DNA of 64,000 nt from an uncultured Candidatus Micrarchaeota archaeon (lineage in GTDB: Archaea > Micrarchaeota > Micrarchaeia > Anstonellales > Bilamarchaeaceae), in NCBI GenBank assembly GCA_963714085.1, contig OY970229.1, positions 32,001 to 96,000 on the forward strand, given 5' to 3'. Of this stretch, positions 21,301-29,570 are shown one piece after another. The position numbers were made by a program, and so were the translations under genes. A model generated the notes under the pieces. That model saw nothing but the letters and a program-made list of their open reading frames with translations, was not told the origin of the DNA and did not search any database. Position 1 is the first letter of the stretch, and each line of letters begins with the position of its first letter.

Positions 21301-22120
21301 CGCCGTTGTACTGGATGTTCCATAACGATACGTTCGGGTACCCACCGCTGCAGCCGTATTGGCAGGCCCCGGAATAACCCTCGTCATAATAGCAGCTATG
21401 GTCGCAGGACACCTCGTCCTGCTCGGATAGATCCGGCTGGAGCCGGGACTCGTTCATGCCGAGGTCATATTTGGCTTCCATGGCGCCGAGGGTCCCGAAC
21501 GACCAGCAGCTGCCGCACTGCCCCTGGTCCTTTACGGAGGTCATCCAGCCGCTCGAACCTTGGAAATAAGGGTAATTCGATGATGCGTAGATCGTATTGG
21601 CCGGAGGGTTCCTCCAGTCCCACGAGGAATAAGCGGTCGCATTGTACATGGATTGGGAATTGTACATCTGCTTCGATGATTGGGTTGTACCGACCATCTG
21701 GTTCATCTGGGTCAGCACGGCCCTCGGGGTTATGTCGCTGCCGAGTTTCGCGCTCAGGTTCATCATGTCCACGACGCGGATCCCGCTTTGGGAGGCGAGG
21801 GCTTTGGTCTTGCTGCTTGTCGTGATGCAGGTGGCGTATCTGGAACTGCCATTCGTCACCGTCGCGGTCCCGTAGCCGCTCTTCGCGCAATAGGAGAAGC
21901 TCGCGCCGCATGTGCCTTCCAGGAACGCCCAGGCGTCGCATCGCGTGCCGTCCGGCATTATGCAGACCCCATGCAAGTTCGATTGCGCATCGCTTTGCAT
22001 GACATATGTGTAGTTCATCTCATTGCAATAGACCGTCGAGGGATTGGCGAGCGCGAAAACCGTGCTGCAGGAGAAGACCATCAACACCAGGATCACGGAC
22101 AGATTTTTCATATATGACAC
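15332..22120 (-). CDS. Giant secreted papain-like (C1A) protease/adhesin B (2262 aa): DUF333-C1A-Ig repeats-NosD beta-helix-DUF2341-LamG
   Basis: Signal peptide; ANPSTVYC..CIMPDGTRCDAWAF (DUF333); QGQCGSCWSF / DHAVVLVGY / KNSWG; DLRFYN..LPYEIE (DUF2341); WNGTIDEVEV (LamG); likely start ATG 22111. Confidence 0.9.
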   Translation of the reverse strand: MSYMKNLSVILVLMVFSCSTVFALANPSTVYCNEMNYTYVMQSDAQSNLHGVCIMPDGTRCDAWAFLEGTCGASFSYCAKSGYGTATVTNGSSRYATCITTSSKTKALASQSGIRVVDMMNLSAKLGSDITPRAVLTQMNQMVGTTQSSKQMYNSQSMYNATAYSSWDWRNPPANTIYASSNYPYFQGSSGWMTSVKDQGQCGSCWSFGTLGAMEAKYDLGMNESRLQPDLSEQDEVSCDHSCYYDEGYSGACQYGCSGGYPNVSLWNIQYNGGVVDENCFPYTATNNACSNICPDSSNRSWTITGSQSAGSPTNAQLEQMLIDNGPLTILVDASQWYYYGGVLTCTSPSTYMDHAVVLVGYNDTGNTSTSYWIIKNSWGSGWGENGYIRVEFGCYGVGLWAYYAKGVTPPDFKPAIVMNSPTQVYDSGPVQFNFTVNNRKAPTSTCDLLINGAIVNTTLAGNGIPTTLSYQPQFGEQVNWSIRCWETGFGIVSSTPTQNLNLYISIESPSPSPYNVSSLPLDYAAANPDTCWYSLDGNPDVMLPGCGNTTLDSLSDGIHSLVVSYNDTNGTIHYAGVNFTIDTVPPLVTLSSPADLSTSHSPTVAFNFTATDNLSSTMDCSMFLDNALNQTNAHTMNGVPTVFQISAIAYGNHTWYVACSDDAGNVGTSATSGFAVDTTIPSVTLNSPADQAVFNVSNVTFSFTATDSQSSTLDCSLFLDNVLNQTNPSTMVDTATAFQVSNIPDGSHSWLVQCTNAANNTGTSATQHFSMQTGCPVISSSGTVTMTTNFFGAPNNASPLTGSACVKITASNVVLDCNGFGITGNGSNTSYGVLIDGPITNVTVQNCQGISGYRVGIYEYEANSAYVINDGLNGNLMDGVYLYYSSNNVLSNDNVSGATNAFGLYSSSNNVVSNDIATNSSNGFNLGSGSNNNTLTNDIAQGSSNYDFTISGSGYDLLANDTAYGASNDGFAIFASNNILANDTAYGNGYYGFYLSAGTFNNLTGDSAFNNTDYGFYLYTGSANNMLANDGAYGNGYTGFVLYSGSNNNVLANDSANGNLNIGFELYFGSSNILTGDNANNNTYYGFYLYSSPNDTLTGCSANSDPSSGFYLSYTGNDTIANSAGNSSGGVVIYLALSSNDAIINTTATTDMGYGIFVDLSSNDTIADCVASSNSDEGIYLLSSSNDTIINSIGTTNSGGGIYFMSSSNNTIINSTGNASSGYGTYISSSPNNTIINSIGASNSGYGIFFYSCSSDVLANSVGISNSSPAIMLYLSSNDTVINSTGTSNSSYAIYLSGGSNNSVIGSTGASTTYPAIFLITTSNNTVLNSVAKTSSGISFYLYQSDNNNLTGDNSSGAYGFYLDNSSSNQLSNDVAFNNSNAGLLVHNTVLTIVQGMHFFKNNPDMQMQDDAGPQMALNASNLIFDNPLGNMQNYTNLSIADSLSINEAYGISWTGNPSSLPSGQSPFAQKFVNITRINSMVIISSITWSWTDAEATGHNETGFALWSYNSSGWAMLNNTPDIVANTLSLTNLVPGSYGILQGTVSVPVVNLTAPPSGALSNASSMRFSFNATDAVNGTMNCSIFIDSVQNQTNASVQNATNTVFSVSGIPDGTHTWYVACRDRSNNMGSSATRSFTVDTTAPAVALNSPPSGALLNYSTIAFSFTATDALSSTTSCALFRDGSQIGSNASVQRNTTTVISASTADGAHTWYVSCNDSAGNTGKSATSNFTVDTTAPAVTLNSPPSGALLNYSTIAFSFTATDALSSTTSCALFRDGSQIGSNASVQRNTTTIISASTPDGAHTWYVSCNDSAGNTGTSATRNLTVDTTAPIVSLNSPANASAFNTSTVAFNFTAIDNLAPLMSCSIFLDGVSSQTNASTANNTATILTLSNMANGNHAWYVQCKDNANNSGASATRSFTVNVSSPGQWANASFSSCRNITILNASGTRMANFPALVVITNTTDMQSNYYDLRFYNSSCNNGGTLLPYEIENYTATNATIWIGIPVLNAGSTTISVYFKNNTGVGSGQNASGVWNPNYMAVWHMQNANPPDSTSHADNGAGKGVALNATGKIDGALSFAGGSASYVNCSNKPSLHSGGNLTIEAWVNSKAGKVAWGKIMYKPYTSAASPYTEYGLSLDGTPSKYAFELTLNGAQDMVYSNTTAGTSTWEQVVGVYNGSAMLLYVNGTLQSSAAASGTINNYNQSLFIGSNAMQLTQSWNGTIDEVEVLNTSLSPQWISQSYKMEANTSRWVVFGAEQPKPS
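16640..17203. repeat. Near-identical 282-bp tandem duplication (one Ig-like domain), with a third copy in paralog A at about 8440-8720
   Basis: gccggtattgccggccgaatcattgcatgagacgtacc recurs at about 16667, 16949 and 8468. Confidence 0.9.
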
Positions 22121-22322
22121 ACCGCCTTATCTCTCGCTCTGTACGCTTGTACGCCTGATGGGCCCGAAGACATCGCTTATCCGCTCTGTTCCGGGATCCC
22201 GCCTCATCCAACGGATTCGTACGCAATGCTTATAATATATGGCGGTTTTTCCGCGCGAGAGGAGCGCCTGTCCCTGAGCTGCGCTAAGCATTGAAAATGC
22301 CCGGGCGCCCGCATAAGGAGCT

Positions 22323-23111
22323 TCAGGTCTTGCTGAGCCCGACCCTGTTGACCTCGAACGCGCCGTTTTCCTTCACCGAGGCGGTGTACTGGCCGATGTA
22401 CTGGTCGTTGAAATACTTGGTCACTGCCGCGGCTTCCTGCTTCGTGTATACGGCGTCGTTGATGGTCCCGGTCCCCAGGTTCCTGGACCGGTAGATCTGC
22501 GTGGCGATGGACTCGACGTTGAGCACGCTCACCTTGGTCCCGTCCGCAGAGGCGAACAGCTTGCCATTGGACTGCGTATTAACCGCCTTGGCGACCGCCT
22601 GGGCTTCCTGCTTGCTGTTCGTCTCGTCGTTGGTGGTGCGGGTCGCGTATCTGCCCATGGTTCCGGTGATGGATTTGGCAAGGCCGTTCACGTCCAGCGC
22701 CCGCACAATGCCCTCTTTGCTTAGCGAGACCATGAATCCGCTTTTCTCCAGTCTCTCGGAGACCCCCACCGCCCCCTGATAGGTGTCGATGGACCTGGTG
22801 TCATGATGAAAATTTCGTATATGGTCTTCCATCTCGCTGACGATGGCGCCGGCGTTCGTCACCCTGAGGTCCCCGGTTTTCATCACTGCGGTTATGTACT
22901 GGCCCGGGCTGCGCCCGTTTAATATGTCGCCGACCCTTTTCGCTTCCTTGAAGTCGCCGATTTTCACGGTCAGGGGTTTGGGATTCCCGCTCACGGACTT
23001 TTGAATCGCGGGGATGACTTTGTCTATATCCACTGCCCTGGGCAAGCCGGCTCTCCACGATACCGCCAAAGTCGCCTGCGCCTCTTCCTGCTGCATCGGT
23101 GCGTACGCCAT
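22323..23111 (-). CDS. Hypothetical protein with internal repeats
   Basis: 262-aa ORF; KQEAQAVAKAVN / KQEAAAVTKYFN / FKEAKRVGDILN repeats. Confidence 0.75.
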   Translation of the reverse strand: MAYAPMQQEEAQATLAVSWRAGLPRAVDIDKVIPAIQKSVSGNPKPLTVKIGDFKEAKRVGDILNGRSPGQYITAVMKTGDLRVTNAGAIVSEMEDHIRNFHHDTRSIDTYQGAVGVSERLEKSGFMVSLSKEGIVRALDVNGLAKSITGTMGRYATRTTNDETNSKQEAQAVAKAVNTQSNGKLFASADGTKVSVLNVESIATQIYRSRNLGTGTINDAVYTKQEAAAVTKYFNDQYIGQYTASVKENGAFEVNRVGLSKT

Positions 23112-23166
23112 GTAACCATCCTATATATTATAGTGTTATAGGTTTTATAATCTTATGTGAAAACCA

Positions 23167-24327
23167 TCACAGCCCGGCCTCGCTCCTGAGCTTCTTCGCC
23201 AAATCAGTCTTCTCCCAGGTGAACTCCGGCTCCTCGCGCCCGAAGTGGCCGTAGGCCGCGGTCTTCTTGTATATCGGCCTGAGGAGGTCCAGGTTCCTTA
23301 TCATGTCGGCAGGCTTGAACGAGACGTGGTCCACGACCAGCTTCTCTATCTTCTCGACCGGGATCTTCGCGGTCCCGCGCGTGTCTATGAAGACCGATAG
23401 CGGCTTGGCCACCCCGATGACGTACGATATCTGGACCTCGCACTGGTCCGCGAGATTGGCTGCCACGATGTTCTTGGCCACGTACCTGGCCATGTAGGCG
23501 CCGGAGCGGTCCACTTTCGACGGGTCCTTTCCGGAAAAACAGCCTCCGCCGTGGTGCCCCCTCCCGCCGTAAGTATCTATGATTATCTTCCTTCCCGTGA
23601 CGCCGGTGTCCGCAGCCGGCCCGCCCAGCACGAACTTGCCGGTCCCGTTTATGACGATGATGGTGTTGGGGTCGAACATGTCGCCCAGCACGGGCTTTAT
23701 GACATGCTCCGTGACGTCTTTGCGGAGCTTGTCCAAGGAGATGTTCTCGTCATGCTGCGCAGCGAGGACCACGGTGTGCACCCTCTTGGGCTTGTGGTCG
23801 TTGTACTCCAGCGTCACCTGGGTCTTTCCGTCCGGCCTTAAGTAAGGGAGCGTGCCGTTCTTCCTGACCTCGGCGAGCTTTTTGGCCAGCTTGTGCGCCA
23901 GCATTATGGGCATGGGCATGAGCTCAGGCGTCTCGCGCGACGCGTAGCCGAACATTATCCCCTGGTCGCCTGCGCCCTGCTCGTGCTCCTTCGAGGTGTC
24001 GACGCCCTGGGCGATGTCCGGCGACTGCTCGTGTATGGACGCGAGGACGCCGCAGGTCCGGTGGTCGAAGAGGTACTCGGGCTTGTTGTAGCCGATGTCC
24101 CGCACCACGTCCCGCACGACCTTCTGGAACTCGACGTATCCGTTAGTCGTTATCTCGCCCATGACCACGACCAGCCCGGCCGTGGTGGCGGTCTCCACCG
24201 CAACGCGGGACTTCGGGTCCTGCTTTATGAGCTCGTCCAGCACCGCGTCAGACACCTGGTCGCAGAGCTTGTCAGGATGGCCTTCGGTCACAGACTCGGA
24301 TGTGAAAAGATAGTTCTTCGAAGACAT
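23167..24327 (-). CDS. metK: S-adenosylmethionine synthetase, bacterial/eukaryotic type
   Basis: [35 protein letters not shown] and AAYGHFGR motifs. Confidence 0.97.
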   Translation of the reverse strand: MSSKNYLFTSESVTEGHPDKLCDQVSDAVLDELIKQDPKSRVAVETATTAGLVVVMGEITTNGYVEFQKVVRDVVRDIGYNKPEYLFDHRTCGVLASIHEQSPDIAQGVDTSKEHEQGAGDQGIMFGYASRETPELMPMPIMLAHKLAKKLAEVRKNGTLPYLRPDGKTQVTLEYNDHKPKRVHTVVLAAQHDENISLDKLRKDVTEHVIKPVLGDMFDPNTIIVINGTGKFVLGGPAADTGVTGRKIIIDTYGGRGHHGGGCFSGKDPSKVDRSGAYMARYVAKNIVAANLADQCEVQISYVIGVAKPLSVFIDTRGTAKIPVEKIEKLVVDHVSFKPADMIRNLDLLRPIYKKTAAYGHFGREEPEFTWEKTDLAKKLRSEAGL

Positions 24328-24413
24328 AGAATCACGGGGTCCTCATCTCCCGCCATTCATATAAATGTTCGTGAAAGGAATATTCCAAAAGGAATAGAGA
24401 AAAAAAAGAGGGT

Positions 24414-25112
24414 CTACTTCTTCCTGCTGTAGAAGAGCACCGCGCCCAGGAGCGCCGGAAGCCCTGCGGACGGGAGGCAGCACGTGCCGGTCCCGTTCGA
24501 GCCGCCGTTGTACGCCTGGTTGAGCGAGCTCGTCAGCGAACCCAGGTCGTTGGCAGGGTAGTAGTTGCCGTTGCCTGCCGAGGCTATGGCCTGGTCGTTC
24601 GACGTGGTGTTCTGGTCCAGGCCGAGGCCGACTACGTTTATCATCTTTATGTTGTTGTTCGCCACGGCATTGGTCGCCGCGGTGACCGCGTCCTGCTGCG
24701 TGTCGCAGGTCTCCTCGCCGTCCGTTAGGATGATTATCTGGGCGCCGCTCATGCCTGACGTCTGCGCGTAGGACGCGGCGTAGGTTATGGACGCCGCAAG
24801 CGGCGTGCTGTACTGGGGCGTCAGTGTGTTCATGAAGTCCCTTATCTGCTGGACGTTGGTGGTGAACGGGACCTCGGTCCTTATGTCCCCGCAGTCATAG
24901 AAGACTATGAGGGCGACCTCGTCCCCTGGCTTCACGTTGTTCAGGAACGTGTTGCCCGCCTGCTTGGCCATGTCGATCTTGGTCATGTTCGTGCCCGAGA
25001 TGGTGTCCGCCATCGAGCCCGAGTCGTCGAAGATCAGGATGGTCGACGTAGCGCAGGCGACCATCCCCAAAACCAGAAAAATCAGCAATATTTTCGTGGT
25101 ATTCATCAGCAC
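24414..25112 (-). CDS. Secreted vWA-domain protein with C-terminal Cys-Cys/TM/basic tail
   Basis: MIDAS DDSGS, TPLA, ILTDGEETC; ends CCLPSAGLPALLGAVLFYSRKK. Confidence 0.88.
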   Translation of the reverse strand: MLMNTTKILLIFLVLGMVACATSTILIFDDSGSMADTISGTNMTKIDMAKQAGNTFLNNVKPGDEVALIVFYDCGDIRTEVPFTTNVQQIRDFMNTLTPQYSTPLAASITYAASYAQTSGMSGAQIIILTDGEETCDTQQDAVTAATNAVANNNIKMINVVGLGLDQNTTSNDQAIASAGNGNYYPANDLGSLTSSLNQAYNGGSNGTGTCCLPSAGLPALLGAVLFYSRKK

Positions 25113-25188
25113 ACCTCATGTTTTACCTGGTAGGATACGCATATTCAGATTTATATTAGTTGCGTTGATACTCTGGTTTGATGAGGCG

Positions 25189-25467
25189 ATGCTCGTACAG
25201 GAGAAGTTGCCGGGCGGGAAGCTGCTTTGCGTGGACGTCGAGTTCTCAGAGGGACGCATAGAAAAGATACGGATAACGGGCGATTTTTTCCTGCATCCTG
25301 AGGAGACCATAGAGAAGATAGAGGGCTCGCTGATCGGCATGAGGCCCGAAGGCAGGCTCGACGTGATGATACTTTCCACCCTGGCGGCGAACAAGGCCAG
25401 GCTAATCGGCGCGACCCCGGACGACATAGAAAGGCTGATAAGGAAGGCGAGGACGGCGGTCCCATGA
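25189..25467 (+). CDS. lplB: Lipoate-protein ligase small (C-terminal-domain) subunit
   Basis: KLPGGKLL..IRITGDFFLHPEETIEKIE; overlaps the lplA start (ATGA). Confidence 0.85.
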   Translation: MLVQEKLPGGKLLCVDVEFSEGRIEKIRITGDFFLHPEETIEKIEGSLIGMRPEGRLDVMILSTLAANKARLIGATPDDIERLIRKARTAVP

Positions 25468-26204
25468 GATGGCGCTTCATACCCTATGCTGAGAACGACG
25501 CCTTCATGAACATGGCCATAAACGAATCCGTCAGCGCGCGCGTCGCTTCAGGCCAGAGCCCGCCGACCATACGATTCTACGGCTGGAAGCCGCGCGCGAT
25601 ATCCATAGGTTATTTCCAGTCCCTCGAACGCGAGGTGGATCTTGAGAATTGCAAGGCGGCTGGTGTGGACATCGTCCGGCGCAGGACCGGGGGCGGCGCG
25701 GTGTTCCACGACAACGAGGTGACTTACAGCATAATCGCCAAGGAAGAACTGTTTCCCAAGGACATAATCGCGTCCTACCGCGAGATTTGCGGCTATCTGA
25801 TAGACGCGCTCGGTTTCCTGGGCATGGACGCGGAGTTCAAGCCCATAAACGACATCCTGGTGAAAGGGAAGAAGATATCAGGCAACGCGCAGACCCGGCG
25901 CGCAGGGGTTCTTCTCCAGCACGGAACGCTTCTTTATGAGGTGGACGTGGACAGGATGTTCTCGCTGCTCAAGGTTTCTGATGAGAAGATAAAGGACAAA
26001 ATGATCGCCAGCGCAAAGGAGCGCGTGACTTCGGTCCGTCAGCAGGCGAACGTGGACATGGAAGACGTCCTGGCAGCGCTGGAAAAGGGATTCACCCAGG
26101 GAAGGGAGTACGATGCGGGCGAGCTTAGCGAGGAGGAGCTCGCGGACGCGCGCGGGCTGGTGGAATCGAGATATAAAAAACAGGAATGGAACGGGATGAG
26201 ATAG
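25464..26204 (+). CDS. lplA: Lipoate-protein ligase A catalytic subunit
   Basis: RRRTGGGAVFHD, NDILVKGKKISGNAQ and QHGT motifs. Confidence 0.93.
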   Translation: MRWRFIPYAENDAFMNMAINESVSARVASGQSPPTIRFYGWKPRAISIGYFQSLEREVDLENCKAAGVDIVRRRTGGGAVFHDNEVTYSIIAKEELFPKDIIASYREICGYLIDALGFLGMDAEFKPINDILVKGKKISGNAQTRRAGVLLQHGTLLYEVDVDRMFSLLKVSDEKIKDKMIASAKERVTSVRQQANVDMEDVLAALEKGFTQGREYDAGELSEEELADARGLVESRYKKQEWNGMR

Positions 26205-26217
26205 GCGCCCAAGCGGC

Positions 26218-28137
26218 TCATCCAGAAGCGCTCTTGAGCGGCAGCCGGTCGTAAACTTCACGCTTTATCGCCGCCACCTTTAAAGTGTGCATGGCGTCGA
26301 GATAGACAAACCGCCAGTCTCTAATATCCTTGAAGTTGTCCCGGGCAACAACGCCAAACCAAGGAGTTGTATCCCCCGAATCGAAGCGTTCTCGTTCCGG
26401 CGTTTCAAAAGGATAGATGTGATCGGGATCGACAACAAGCCTCTTTTTTTCGATTTTGAAATGAGGATGGTTGACCGCAAGCGTGATTTTCTGACCCACA
26501 TATCGGTCCGGAACAGTGAACATGATCTCTTCACAGAAGATCATCCTTGGCAGTCCCTGGTCTCCTCCCCCGCCTATTCCAACCGTGCCTGTTCTTGCAG
26601 GGTAAAATCCTCTATCCTTGATTCTATCAAGAAACGTCCGATAAACCTCATCCGGGATTATCACGTAGCCTCTTTTCTCTGCAACCGTTAAAGTGTAAGA
26701 AAAGGTGCTTTCGCATGGACGCGCGTCTTCACTCAACCATTCAACGTCCTTCAGATCAAGCTTCGACCAGTCGGCTTCCGGCGCTTTGACGGATTGGATA
26801 AGGCCTGGCTCATTTTGGACTGCGGGAAGCCCGCGCCTCTTGTCTGCCAGCTCGGCTTCGAGTTGCTTGAGGGATTTTTTATGCTTGTTGATGGATCTTT
26901 TATGCTTGTCGTATGCTATTGCATTTGCCATGAATAAGGAAACCGGTATGGACCCTAGTGTGACTAAGAAGACACACGCTACCTCCTCAAAACGCAAAAA
27001 TTCCTTATACGCCATACCGCCAACAGTTAATGACGTGATGAAAGTAGCGAAGCTTCCAATGGCGCTGTAAAGCTTCGAGCTTCTCAGTTTGCCGAGTCTG
27101 GATTCGATATCACTGATTTCAAGTCCAATCGCCCTGTCCCTTAAAACTTCGAGTTCATCGGTTTCAGCAGTCTCGGTTGAACCTAGATTCGCTCTGATTG
27201 CGCTTCCAAGTCTGGCGATGTCAGGGTCTTGAGTTCCAACTTCCGTAATCGCCTGGGTTCCGCTTCCGGGCAGCGCGGCCTTCATCTCCGCGGCGCTCTG
27301 GAAGCGCTCATCAGGAACGTAGGCCAATGCCTTTTCAAGGAATCTCCTGTCCGCTGCGGACAGGCCCTCGGGCAGCTTGACTTTGAAACTGCCCATGTCG
27401 CATAGGTCGAATGCGGTTTTGCCGGTCTTTAGCTGAAGGTAGATCGCAGCGATAGAGAACAGGTCTGAACGGGCATCTCCTCTCCCGCCCATCGCCACTT
27501 CTGGAGCGGTGGAGTCGAAATTGTTTATGGCGCAGAATGTCGTGCCTGTGCTCTTGTCCGAGACCGAGAAGCCGAAATCAAAGGGCTTTATGCGCCCGTC
27601 TTTGCAGAGCATCACGTTCGCAGGTCTTATGTCGCGGTGGATGACCGGCGGATTGAGCTTATGGAGGGGCGCGACCACGTCGAGGAGCCGGGTAGTCAAC
27701 TTCACGCAGTCGTATTCCAGGCGTTTCCCCCCGTCTATGGCCTCCTGGAGCGTTTGGCCTTCGAGCAATTCCATGATTATGAAGAATTTGCCGTTGGCCT
27801 CATCCGAATGATGGCCCAGGCATTTCACGACATCGAGGCCCTCTATGTGGTTTATCGATTGCAATAATTCAGCTTCCCTCGTGGCAAGTTCGAAAATCTT
27901 GCGGTCCTTCAACTGTCTGAAATCAAGCTCTTTTATCCCTACGTCGCGGTTTCCCCTGGTATCCCTGGCCTGGTAAAAGGTGCAATTGGTCATTCTTTTT
28001 TCTGTAACTATTTCGTATTGGCTGGAACCCAGGGTGAGGATTCGCCTGACTGGCAGGATGTCAGCCTGCGCTCTCGGGCTGCTGCCTTGAGCTACGGCTG
28101 ACGTCAGCTGTTTGGGTTCACTCATGTTATTATACAT
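26218..28137 (-). CDS. Hanks-type Ser/Thr kinase with two TM helices, coiled coil and unknown C-terminal domain
   Basis: VGIKE, HRDIRPANV, DFG, APE and DLFS motifs; degenerate Gly loop; more AT-rich than flanks. Confidence 0.88.
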   Translation of the reverse strand: MYNNMSEPKQLTSAVAQGSSPRAQADILPVRRILTLGSSQYEIVTEKRMTNCTFYQARDTRGNRDVGIKELDFRQLKDRKIFELATREAELLQSINHIEGLDVVKCLGHHSDEANGKFFIIMELLEGQTLQEAIDGGKRLEYDCVKLTTRLLDVVAPLHKLNPPVIHRDIRPANVMLCKDGRIKPFDFGFSVSDKSTGTTFCAINNFDSTAPEVAMGGRGDARSDLFSIAAIYLQLKTGKTAFDLCDMGSFKVKLPEGLSAADRRFLEKALAYVPDERFQSAAEMKAALPGSGTQAITEVGTQDPDIARLGSAIRANLGSTETAETDELEVLRDRAIGLEISDIESRLGKLRSSKLYSAIGSFATFITSLTVGGMAYKEFLRFEEVACVFLVTLGSIPVSLFMANAIAYDKHKRSINKHKKSLKQLEAELADKRRGLPAVQNEPGLIQSVKAPEADWSKLDLKDVEWLSEDARPCESTFSYTLTVAEKRGYVIIPDEVYRTFLDRIKDRGFYPARTGTVGIGGGGDQGLPRMIFCEEIMFTVPDRYVGQKITLAVNHPHFKIEKKRLVVDPDHIYPFETPERERFDSGDTTPWFGVVARDNFKDIRDWRFVYLDAMHTLKVAAIKREVYDRLPLKSASG

Positions 28138-28190
28138 GATTAATAGTGCTTATAAACCGAACGATTCCCGGGATTAAGCGGCTTGACTCC

Positions 28191-28649
28191 CTATGCATTA
28201 CGCTTTCCGCTCCTGGCCAAGGACGTATTCAGGGCCACGGCTGCGCGGATAAGGGCTTTGAGGGCCTTCTCGTCGATCCTGTCGCCTTCGTGGAAGTCTA
28301 TGGCGCGCCTCACCCTGCCCTCGAGGCTGGAATTGAAGAGGCCCGATGGGTCGTCCAACGAGGCGCCCTTGGGGAATGTCATCTTCACGGCGTTCTTGTA
28401 AGCCTCTCCGGTGCAGATCAACCCGTCGTGGGACCACACGGGTATGTCCCACTTCCACTCCTCCACTACTCCGGGGTCGGCTTCCTTGATCAGGGCGCGG
28501 AGGCGGGAAAGCGTCTCTCCGCGCCATCCACCCAGCTCCCGGATCCTCGCGTCTATCAGCCTGGATGCGGATTCCTGGGGACCGCCCTTTTTCATCGCTT
28601 CGCCGGCTTCGGTCGTTCTTCCCCTTTGAGTCTGCCTTGTTCCGGACAT
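28191..28649 (-). CDS. DUF1801 (YdhG-like) protein
   Basis: WRGETLSRLRALIKEADPGVVEEWKW; FPKGASLDDPSGLFNSSLEG. Confidence 0.9.
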   Translation of the reverse strand: MSGTRQTQRGRTTEAGEAMKKGGPQESASRLIDARIRELGGWRGETLSRLRALIKEADPGVVEEWKWDIPVWSHDGLICTGEAYKNAVKMTFPKGASLDDPSGLFNSSLEGRVRRAIDFHEGDRIDEKALKALIRAAVALNTSLARSGKRNA

Positions 28650-28692
28650 AGTATCATCAATATAACCGTCTTGTCATATATAAAAAAGAGCC

Positions 28693-29061
28693 TCAGGGAT
28701 AGACCTTTTCATCCTCTTTTCTCCAGGCCGGGTCGACTATGCACAGCGCGACGATGTCCTCAGTTTTGGACAGGTTCTCTATCCATTGGACCGAATTCGG
28801 AGGGATATACACCGTATCGTTCGGGCCTACCTCCATCGTCTCGTCATCTATATGCATGATTCCTTTGCCGGAGAGTACGTAGTAGATTTCGCTGTTTTTC
28901 AATGAATGCTTGGCGCTTTTGTGCTTCGGCAGCACCTTGAACCAGGCCAAAGAATACCGGAGCTTCAAATCCTCCTTGTCCGGATGCAGTATCTCCCTCA
29001 GGATTACCTTGTCACCTGAGATGAATTCAGCGCATTCAGAGAGGCTCTTCTTGTGTTTCAT
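28693..29061 (-). CDS. Cupin-domain protein
   Basis: HSLKNSEIYYVLSGKG and VYIPPN motifs; ATGA overlap with bcp. Confidence 0.88.
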   Translation of the reverse strand: MKHKKSLSECAEFISGDKVILREILHPDKEDLKLRYSLAWFKVLPKHKSAKHSLKNSEIYYVLSGKGIMHIDDETMEVGPNDTVYIPPNSVQWIENLSKTEDIVALCIVDPAWRKEDEKVYP

Positions 29062-29531
29062 TTCATCGGCCTTCCCTTCAGGTCTTCCAATACCCCGTAT
29101 GCATGCCCTATCGGGTTCACGTTGCGCCAGATCTTCGCTATCTTCCCCTTCGGGTCGACCAGGAACGTGGTCCTCTGGGTCCCTTCGAACGACTTGCCCA
29201 GGAACTTCAGCATGCCCCAGACGCCATAGAGCTTGTTCACCGATGTGTCGTGGTCGGACAGCAGGGTTATCGCCAGTTTCCTGTGCGCGACGAACTTTGC
29301 ATGCGACTCGCAAGTGTCCTTGCTTATGCCCAGGATCATGGCGCCAGCCTTGCCGAAATCAGGCGCGAGCTTGGTGAAGTCCAGGGCCTCTATCGTGCAC
29401 CCGGTGGTCTCGTCCTGCGGATAGAAATAGACCACGACCCATCTGCCGAGGAAGTCGTGCAGAGAAATTTTCTTTTCGTATGCATCCAGAAGGCTGAAAT
29501 CCGGCGCAGTATCGCCCTCTTTCAATTCCAT
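29058..29531 (-). CDS. bcp: Peroxiredoxin (Bcp family)
   Basis: YFYPQDETTGCTIEA and RTTFLVDPKG motifs. Confidence 0.92.
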   Translation of the reverse strand: MELKEGDTAPDFSLLDAYEKKISLHDFLGRWVVVYFYPQDETTGCTIEALDFTKLAPDFGKAGAMILGISKDTCESHAKFVAHRKLAITLLSDHDTSVNKLYGVWGMLKFLGKSFEGTQRTTFLVDPKGKIAKIWRNVNPIGHAYGVLEDLKGRPMK

Positions 29532-29570
29532 GCCACCACCCCAACCAAAAAAGAGAATTAAAATAAAGAA

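Noticed and set aside
22275..22285. Possible relic of the metK 3' end (agctcagg)
   Set aside because: Only about 8 nt match, with no convincing in-frame tail.
24907..25188. Long N-terminus on lplB
   Set aside because: Antisense to the vWA gene; family similarity begins at 25189.
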